The notes under the pieces are model-generated. The model saw nothing but the letters and a program-made list of their open reading frames with translations. It had not been told where the DNA came from and did no database searches. Below, one piece after another: positions 1 to 6,356 of a DNA stretch of 6,356 bases (position 1 is the first letter of the stretch; each line of letters opens with the position of its first letter). Source of the DNA: Vitrella brassicaformis CCMP3155 (lineage: Eukaryota > Protista > Chromerida); NCBI GenBank assembly GCA_001179505.1, contig CDMY01001007.1:1-6356 (forward strand). Reading direction: 5' to 3'. The position numbers and the translations under genes are program-made.

Positions 1-762
1 GGCCAGAGGCAACGGCCCACCCCACTCGTCTGCAGCAGCCGCCTCGTCCGCCCCGCCGGAGATCTCATTGCAGATGAAGCCGATGATGGCGTTGAGAGTG
101 GGGTAGTCGAACAGAGTGGTGGCGGGCAGCTTGACGCCGATCTTGGACGACAAGGCATTTCTGAACTCGACAGCGCCGAGTGAGTCGATGCCCAGCTCCT
201 GCAGAGGCGAGTCCAGGGGAGGCTCTTCAGTCATGCCAAGCACCATCGCAGCCGTCTCCACGACTGCCTTGTGGATGTGCTCTTTGAGGGCCGCCGCGTC
301 CATGCTGCGCAGCTCAGCAGACACGCCTGCAGCCGCGCCTTCGGTGGCAGCCGACGCCACCGTCTCGAAGAAGGGCGGGATGGCAATATACATCGACAGG
401 AAGGTTTGCCACTTGACGAGTGCACAGCACGCCACCCCGACGCTCTCAGAGTGCCGCATGACATCGCCGAGCACACGAAGGCCGAGCTCGTTGGTGATGC
501 CGCGCATTCCCGCCTTGTCGAGGTGCTGCTTGAGTTCGACCGCCATGCCCTGCTGGATCCACGGGCCCCACTGAATGCTCTGCGCCGCGAGCTTCTTGGA
601 TCGGCGGTACTCGGTGAGGGCGTCCAGGCAGGAGTTGGCCGCCGAGTAGCTGGCCTGACCAAAGTTGCCGAGTAGTGAGGCGACGGAAGAGAACATCATG
701 AATTGGTCGAGAGGGGTGTCCTCGTCGAGCGACAGCTCGTGGAGGTACCACGCGCCCATCAC
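1..762 (-). CDS. Type I PKS/FAS exon: C-terminal catalytic KR + ACP + linker; runs off the window
   Basis: My manual translation gives 254 codons with no stop: VMGAWYLHELSLDEDTPLDQFMMFSSVASLLGNFGQASYSAANSCLDAL…SIQWGPW…LKEHIHKAVVETAAMVLG…PLQELGIDSLGAVEFRNALSSKIGVKLPATTLFDYPTLNAIIGFICNEISGGADEAAAADEWGGPLPLA. The KR catalytic Tyr codon is at 646-648. This frame is not in the ORF track. Confidence 0.95.
   Translation of the reverse strand, partial: MMGAWYLHELSLDEDTPLDQFMMFSSVASLLGNFGQASYSAANSCLDALTEYRRSKKLAAQSIQWGPWIQQGMAVELKQHLDKAGMRGITNELGLRVLGDVMRHSESVGVACCALVKWQTFLSMYIAIPPFFETVASAATEGAAAGVSAELRSMDAAALKEHIHKAVVETAAMVLGMTEEPPLDSPLQELGIDSLGAVEFRNALSSKIGVKLPATTLFDYPTLNAIIGFICNEISGGADEAAAADEWGGPLPLA
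61..290 (-). other. Acyl carrier protein (ACP) domain
   Basis: LGIDSL phosphopantetheine-attachment motif (Ser codon 181-183) and the LPATTLFDYPT helix III/IV signature. Confidence 0.95.
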
Positions 763-842
763 CTGCACACATACACGAGGCAGAAGCGATGGATGGATGA
801 GTAACAATGCTTGTTAGGGGAACGATACATTCATTCTTCCGG

Positions 843-1158
843 TTGGGGGTCTCCTAACTGAGTGCTTGACTGACTGACTGACTGACTGGGTCGCTGGCTG
901 GCTCGCTGGCTTAGAAGTGAAGTGACTGTCTGACTTAGTGAGAGAGCGACGGAATTGGTGAATGACTGACTGACTGAATGGCGCAAGCAAAAAGTGATAA
1001 AGTGTGTGAGTGACTGGCGATGCGAGTGAGTGAGGGGAAGGGAGAGGGCAGCAGTCACGGCCTGGCTGGCTGCCTCACAACCCAAGTGACTGACTGACTG
1101 ACTGACTGACTCAGTCAATGAATGAGTCAGTGGGAGTAGAAGCAAGCTTGGGGGTCTC
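843..1158. repeat. 11-bp direct repeat TTGGGGGTCTC at 843-853 and 1148-1158, flanking the microsatellite block
   Basis: The exact 11-mer is seen twice inside the 402-bp intron. Confidence 0.8.
867..1131. repeat. Intronic tetranucleotide microsatellite-rich block
   Basis: (TGAC)5 at 867-886, (SGCT)5 at 892-911, (TGAC)3 at 963-974 and (TGAC)6 at 1087-1110, with degenerate TGAG/TGAA units in between. Confidence 0.9.
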
Positions 1159-1164
1159 ACTCAC

Positions 1165-3136
1165 CTTTGGCAAGTAGACCTTGTCCACCTTGTCTTTGGT
1201 CTGGTTATTGACTGCAGCGTCGTCAAGCACCGCAGCTGCGTGAAAGATGCCCCTCACTGGGGGCAGGGTCTTCTTGAGGTCAGCAAACAGCTTCTCGCAC
1301 TCGTCCTTCCTGGACACGTCCACGGCCATGCAGTGGACGGCGGCTTTGGAGCGGCCCTGAGGCTCCGGTGCCGTCAGCTTCTTCCACAGCTCAGAGGCAG
1401 CCACCGCATCGGTCGGCCTGCCGCGCCTCGACACAAGAGCGATGTGTTTGGCTCCCTCCTCCACCAGCCAGTCGGCCACGAGGAGCCCGAGCCCCCCGAA
1501 GCCGCCCGTGATGACGTAGCATCCGTCGATATCTGTGGTCTGGTCGGCAGTCCCATATGCCTCGTTTGCCGTGCCTGCCATCGGGCGGCGGAGGGCGCTC
1601 GGTATTTGTATGACGACTTTGCCGATGTGCTGGGCCCTCTGCATGAACCTGAAGGCCGCGACGCCGCCGGTGACTTGGTCGGCGCTGCTCATGTCGAATG
1701 TGTGCAGAGGGATGGGCTTGACCTTGCCAACATCGACCAGGCCCCGGAGGCGGTCGAGCATGCCGCCGAACCACTTGGGATCTTGCTCCATCATCTGGTC
1801 GATGGCGATCGCCTCGTACATGGCCAAGTCGGGACGCCTGGCCAGCACCTCCTCTTTGCTCCAGATGCCGCGCTTGCCCAGCTCCATGAAGCGGCCCTTG
1901 GGCGCCATCGCGTCGAGCGAGAAGGGAATGAAGTCCTCGATCAGGCAGTTGAGCACCACGTCCATCTTGCTGTTGGTCTGCTTAATGTCGGCCTGGAACT
2001 GGCTGGCGTCGCGCGAGCTCGTGACCAACTGCACGCCCTGCTGTCGCACGAAGTCTTGTTTGTGCTGGCTGCCGGCCGTGCCGAAGACGTTAGCGCCAAT
2101 GTTTCTGCAGTACTGGATGGCCGCGAGCCCCACGCCGCCGCTGGCCGCGTGCACGAGGACGTTGTCTCCCTTTCTGACCTTGGCGAGCTCTCCAAAGGCG
2201 ACCTCGACGGTGACAAAGACGGTCGGCAGGGCGGCCGCCTCTTCGAAGGTCATCGATGCGGGCTTGATGGCCATCAGGTTGGATTCCGTCGTCACATAGG
2301 TCCGCAGGCAGCCGGGGGCCACGCCGTAGACGTCATCTCCCACACACAGATGACTCACGCCCTCCCCCACGCCAACAACCGTCCCCGAGCAGTCGCCGCC
2401 CGGCGGGCCGGGGTCGCCCGGATACAGACCCATCACGTTCAACACGTCACGAAAATTCAGACCAATCGCACGAACACGAATCTCCACATAGTTGGAGCCG
2501 GCAGCCATGGCGTCGACTACTCGCAGCTCCTGTGACTGTGGCCGCAGCGTCAGGTTGGAGATTGCCCCCCTCTCGCTCATGTTGAGCTCGATCGGCCCCC
2601 TCACAGCAATCTTGTCGCGTGCCAGCCGTGCAACATACTGCTCTCCTCCCCGCACGGCGATCTCGCTCTCGAGTGGCTGTTCCTCTTGCCTCGACACGAC
2701 ACTGACGACAGCGTCTGCAAGTGCCCGCGGGTTCTTGTGGTCGACCGGCATGTCCAGGTCGATGCAGCCGATGCGTCCGTTGGCCTCGCCCTTCTCCATG
2801 CCGATCTCCAGCCGTGCGGTCTTGGCGAATCCCACCACACCGGCGTGCACAGGGGGGCCGAGGAATGCCTCGTCCTCGAGCACCTTGAGAGTCTTGGGCG
2901 TCACGGCCCACACAACGGGTGCCTTGGTGTCTTTGAGGACCAGCAGGGCTTGGCAGATGTCGAGCAGGCCGGACATGACATCCACTGCACTGCCAGTCGT
3001 CTCCATGGGCGCGAGGTACACGAGGCTGCCAAACTCCCTCTCCTTGAGCAGCGACACAACCTTGTCTCGCGAGTCGGCCACCACACCAGTGCTGCCTTCG
3101 ACCTCAATTGCCTTGGCCACAGCCTCGGCAAAGGCA
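1165..3136 (-). CDS. Type I PKS/FAS exon: psiKR (type A copy) + complete ER + N-terminal part of catalytic KR
   Basis: ORF 1111..3120, with the frame open upstream to the gap (AFAEAVAK…). The ER has NFRDVL, the NADPH motif LVHAASGGVGLAA (about 2119-2157), GRFMELGKR and HIGKVVI. The KR has YVITGGFGGLG, GIFHAAAVLDD and YLPK. The exon ends at the AAG|GTGAGT donor (1165|1164). Confidence 0.93.
1600..2590 (-). other. Enoylreductase (ER) domain, complete
   Basis: Runs from ELNMSERGAISNL through GGVG (intact NADPH-binding motif) to QHIGKVVIQIP. It sits between psiKR and catalytic KR, the canonical arrangement. Boundaries are approximate. Confidence 0.92.
2224..2478. repeat. 255-bp exact direct repeat (ER N-terminal core), identical to 3441-3695
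   Basis: Manual alignment at offset 1217 shows no mismatches. Confidence 0.95.
2455..3136. repeat. Direct repeat, ~99% identical to 4768-5446 (psiKR-A + ER start)
   Basis: Manual alignment shows 4 substitutions (2479/4792, 2481/4794, 2485/4798, 2581/4891) and one 3-bp indel (2518-2520). Positions 2582-3136 are identical to 4892-5446. Confidence 0.95.
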
Positions 3137-3436
3137 NNNNNNNNNNNNNNNNNNNNNNNNNNNNNNNNNNNNNNNNNNNNNNNNNNNNNNNNNNNNNNNN
3201 NNNNNNNNNNNNNNNNNNNNNNNNNNNNNNNNNNNNNNNNNNNNNNNNNNNNNNNNNNNNNNNNNNNNNNNNNNNNNNNNNNNNNNNNNNNNNNNNNNNN
3301 NNNNNNNNNNNNNNNNNNNNNNNNNNNNNNNNNNNNNNNNNNNNNNNNNNNNNNNNNNNNNNNNNNNNNNNNNNNNNNNNNNNNNNNNNNNNNNNNNNNN
3401 NNNNNNNNNNNNNNNNNNNNNNNNNNNNNNNNNNNN
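3137..3436. other. Assembly gap (300 N)
   Basis: Exactly 300 N, the same size as the other gap. The PKS frame is not preserved across it. Confidence 0.99.
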
Positions 3437-4467
3437 CGACCGGCAGGGCGGCCGCCTCTTCGAAGGTCATCGATGCGGGCTTGATGGCCATCAGGTTGGA
3501 TTCCGTCGTCACATAGGTCCGCAGGCAGCCGGGGGCCACGCCGTAGACGTCATCTCCCACACACAGATGACTCACGCCCTCCCCCACGCCAACAACCGTC
3601 CCCGAGCAGTCGCCGCCCGGCGGGCCGGGGTCGCCCGGATACAGACCCATCACGTTCAACACGTCACGAAAATTCAGACCAATCGCACGAACACGCACCT
3701 CGATGCAGCCGACACCAGGTGGAATGCGGGCCGCCTGGGCCAGTGGTCTTAGCTTGAGGTTGTTGATGGCCCCCCGCTGTGGCATGAACAGCTCAACCGC
3801 TCCCCTGATGTCCACCTTTCCCTTCTGCAATCGCGAGTAGAAGCACGCGGACTGGCTTGGGGTCTCGTCGGTCGCAGGTGTCTTGCGGAGGGCCACCTCC
3901 GGTTCGTAGCCCTCGATGCCTTTCTGCGTGTCGACCAGCACGGTAATCTGCTTCAGGAATCCGTCGACGGTGTCAGGCGACGTGGGGTCGATGTCGACGC
4001 AGCCCATCTTGATGAGAGTCCCGATAAAGTTCTCCAGCTCCAGCCGTGCTGTCTTGGCGAATCCCCATAGGCCGGCGTGACGAGGCACCTCGGGCAGCGT
4101 GTCGTCGGGGAGCGCCCGCTGGGTGCCGCGAGTCACGAGCCAGATGGCAGGCAATACATCGACGTTGGTGCCCAGCTTGAGGATGACTTGTGCCATGCTG
4201 AGGGCCTCGCTGACGACCACCACTGGGTCGGATCGCTTCTCGAGGCTGCCCATGTGGAGGATGCAGTCCCACTGGCTCTTGTCAGCAAGGATCTTCTCCA
4301 TGTCTATGGCGTCCGGCGTCTCGCCGCAGGCGATCAGCCGGGACTCCTTACTCATGCCGGCCTCCACGAGTCTGTTGTACAGCATCTTCTTCCATGCAGT
4401 CGGCACGCCCAAGACCAGCCACCGCGGCTCCGCAAGCCCCCCGACAGCAGCTGCTGGCCTCTTGGCC
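3437..4467 (-). CDS. Type I PKS/FAS fragment: divergent psiKR (type B) + N-terminal part of ER; open at both ends
   Basis: The frame of ORF 2901..4412 extends upstream to the gap (AKRPAAAVGGLAEPRWLVLGVPT…; the listed M is a TTG Leu). It has canonical psiKR motifs IWLVTRGTQ, HAGLWGFAKTARLE and YEPEVALR. The ER part reads IEVRVRAIGLNFRDVLNVMGLYPGDPGPPGGDCSG…FEEAAALPV. Confidence 0.92.
3441..3695. repeat. Partner of the 255-bp exact repeat at 2224-2478
   Basis: Identity ends abruptly at 3696. There are two mismatches at 3439-3440 (…LPV versus …LPT), next to the contig end. Confidence 0.95.
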
Positions 4468-4767
4468 NNNNNNNNNNNNNNNNNNNNNNNNNNNNNNNNN
4501 NNNNNNNNNNNNNNNNNNNNNNNNNNNNNNNNNNNNNNNNNNNNNNNNNNNNNNNNNNNNNNNNNNNNNNNNNNNNNNNNNNNNNNNNNNNNNNNNNNNN
4601 NNNNNNNNNNNNNNNNNNNNNNNNNNNNNNNNNNNNNNNNNNNNNNNNNNNNNNNNNNNNNNNNNNNNNNNNNNNNNNNNNNNNNNNNNNNNNNNNNNNN
4701 NNNNNNNNNNNNNNNNNNNNNNNNNNNNNNNNNNNNNNNNNNNNNNNNNNNNNNNNNNNNNNNNNNN
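4468..4767. other. Assembly gap (300 N)
   Basis: Exactly 300 N. The PKS reading frames on the two sides differ, although 300 is a multiple of 3. Confidence 0.99.
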
Positions 4768-5446
4768 ATTCAGACCAATCGCACGAACACGGACCTCGAC
4801 ATAGTTGGAGCCGGCAGCCATGGCGTCGACTCGCAGCTCCTGTGACTGTGGCCGCAGCGTCAGGTTGGAGATTGCCCCCCTCTCGCTCATATTGAGCTCG
4901 ATCGGCCCCCTCACAGCAATCTTGTCGCGTGCCAGCCGTGCAACATACTGCTCTCCTCCCCGCACGGCGATCTCGCTCTCGAGTGGCTGTTCCTCTTGCC
5001 TCGACACGACACTGACGACAGCGTCTGCAAGTGCCCGCGGGTTCTTGTGGTCGACCGGCATGTCCAGGTCGATGCAGCCGATGCGTCCGTTGGCCTCGCC
5101 CTTCTCCATGCCGATCTCCAGCCGTGCGGTCTTGGCGAATCCCACCACACCGGCGTGCACAGGGGGGCCGAGGAATGCCTCGTCCTCGAGCACCTTGAGA
5201 GTCTTGGGCGTCACGGCCCACACAACGGGTGCCTTGGTGTCTTTGAGGACCAGCAGGGCTTGGCAGATGTCGAGCAGGCCGGACATGACATCCACTGCAC
5301 TGCCAGTCGTCTCCATGGGCGCGAGGTACACGAGGCTGCCAAACTCCCTCTCCTTGAGCAGCGACACAACCTTGTCTCGCGAGTCGGCCACCACACCAGT
5401 GCTGCCTTCGACCTCAATTGCCTTGGCCACAGCCTCGGCAAAGGCA
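4768..5446. repeat. Direct repeat partner of 2455-3136
   Basis: Offset is 2310 bp on the high-coordinate side of the indel and 2313 bp on the low side. See the partner feature for differences. Confidence 0.95.
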
Positions 5447-6356
5447 GCATTGCTGGCCGCCACCAGGACCGGTTTGGTCTGGACGGGTGGCGCGTCCGCA
5501 CCTGGCTCGGCCCGCTTGTCCCACTCTGCCTTCCACATGAGCTCGCGAGGGATGTCCACCACCGATGCAAGCTCGATCGTGCGAAGAGAGAGCTCCGTGA
5601 TGTCGGCCACCTTGATGAGGGGCGTCTGGCCCGACGACGCTGCATCGCCTGCAAGTGCTGCGTCCGCCTTGACCTGGTAGAGGGTCACGTTGGCCTTGGC
5701 GGTGGCCCCCTCCCTCGCCACGAGCGTCGAGTGGGCCCAGCAGTCCTTGAACTGCATCTTCGTGAGGGTCGCCTGATGCGCTCCGACAGGGACCATCGGC
5801 TGGAGCTTGATGCCGCGGCTGGGCGATGCAGGGAGGCTGTTGGCGGTGAGACTCGAGTCCGACGTGCCCCTAGTGGGCTCGCGGGGGCCCATTGACTTGA
5901 GCTGCCGGGGGTCGGGGTGGAGAAGGACCGCGATGGCCTGGAAGGCACCGTCGAGGATGGCGGGATGGGTGAGGAAGCCGTCCTCATACCCCTCTCTGTC
6001 AGCCAGGGAGAGTTTCGCCAGCACCTCGTTATGGCCACTGTATAGCTCAGATACAGTCCTGAACCGTGTGCCGTAGTTGAGACCGAGGCCACTGAGCTCG
6101 CGGTAGAATGCCGGCGTCGACAGCTCGAGGGGACAGCGGTTGCTGAGCATCTCGAGGGTCTCGCCATTGGCATCCATTGGCTGGCTCGCCACCCTGACAC
6201 GAGCTGACGCATGGGAGCTCTCGTCGCCTTGTGGTTGATCGCCCTCCATCAGACGGCTGCAGATCTCTGCCGAGCCGCCGGGCTCGAGGCGACCCGTCAC
6301 CTGAATGGCCTGCTCACCGATGAACATGGGCTGCTCGATAGCCACATCCTCCAGCA
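4768..6356 (-). CDS. Type I modular PKS/FAS fragment: C-terminal DH + psiKR (type A) + start of ER; open at both ends
   Basis: The frame of ORF 4348..6345 is open to the window edge (…LEDVAIEQPMFI…). It contains the DH catalytic-Asp motif HPAILDGAFQ (Asp codon 5950-5952) and a DH-like FYRELSGLGLNYGTRFR segment. It continues through psiKR motifs (LMWKAEW, GFAKTARLE, CIDLD, ESEIAVRGG…VARL) and the ER start (YVEVRVRAIGLN) before the N gap. The ORF tail beyond the gap (GQEASSCC…) is an artefact of reading through Ns. Confidence 0.93.
5560..6356 (-). other. Dehydratase (DH) domain, partial; catalytic His motif lies outside the window
   Basis: HPAILDGAFQ at about 5938-5967, followed by MVPVG and double-hotdog C-terminal strands ending …ITELSLRTI. 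No HxxxGxxxxP motif is inside the window, so it is expected just beyond 6356. Boundaries are approximate. Confidence 0.85.

Larger units (their letters stand above)
763..1164 (-). other. Spliceosomal intron, 402 bp, phase 0
   Basis: Donor GTGAGT (1164-1159), acceptor …GTGTGCAG (ending at 763) and a candidate branch point CTAAC (817-813). Splicing gives …KVYLPK|VMGAWYLHELS…, matching the KR consensus (xxPKvxGAwxLHelt). The intron is lower in GC and rich in simple repeats. Confidence 0.93.

Noticed and set aside
160-195. ACP as a beta-branching (Trp-flag) carrier
   Set aside because: The residue six positions after the Ser is Phe (DSLGAVEF), not Trp, and no beta-branching enzymes are visible.
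867-1110. CRISPR-like array or bacterial origin
   Set aside because: There are only tetranucleotide repeats with no repeat-spacer structure, and the spliceosomal intron shows a eukaryotic locus.
1107-1129. TGACTCA/TGAGTCA AP-1-like sites
   Set aside because: They arise easily from TGAC repeat decay, and there is no basis for applying metazoan or yeast motifs here.
831-1160. 109-aa minus-strand ORF (SLTHS/SQSVSQ-rich)
   Set aside because: It is a translation of intronic TGAC/TGAG microsatellites and lies wholly within the intron.
1111-1164. Apparent C-terminus VSETPKLASTPTDSFID*, suggesting a truncated or pseudogenised KR
   Set aside because: This is read-through into the intron. Splicing restores an intact KR and ACP.
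2415-2435. ER Tyr (GLYPG) as a predictor of 2S-methyl stereochemistry
   Set aside because: That rule comes from bacterial methylmalonyl-using modules. There is no evidence of methyl branching here and the AT is not visible.
1240-2535. 431-aa plus-strand ORF and other long plus-strand ORFs (e.g. 116..574, 271..675, 1535..2299, 4805..5680, 4996..5895)
   Set aside because: They are antisense shadows of a GC-rich coding sequence and carry no recognisable motifs.
2492-5221. ORFs spanning the N runs, and their apparent fusions
   Set aside because: They stay open only because N codons contain no stops. Sequence beyond each gap is in a non-PKS frame.

Overview
GC-rich eukaryotic genomic DNA. All non-gap sequence except one intron belongs to minus-strand coding sequence of a modular type I PKS/FAS megasynthase. 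Read 5'->3' on the minus strand, three contig pieces are separated by two gaps of exactly 300 N. Piece 1 (6356-4768) encodes the C-terminal part of a DH, a structural KR subdomain (psiKR, type A) and the start of an ER. Piece 2 (4467-3437) encodes a divergent psiKR (type B) and the N-terminal part of an ER. Piece 3 (3136-1) encodes a near-identical copy of psiKR-A, a complete ER, a catalytic KR split by a 402-bp GT-AG intron (763-1164), an ACP (GIDSL) and an open linker. The last exon (1-762) is missing from the ORF track. The apparent triple psiKR-ER arrangement is most likely several modules collapsed or mis-scaffolded at near-identical repeats. The repeats themselves are informative: a 255-bp ER block is 100% identical between otherwise divergent copies, and a ~680-bp block is ~99% identical with clustered differences, suggesting gene conversion or recent module duplication. 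An alveolate (chromerid/apicomplexan-like) source is my inference and is unverified.
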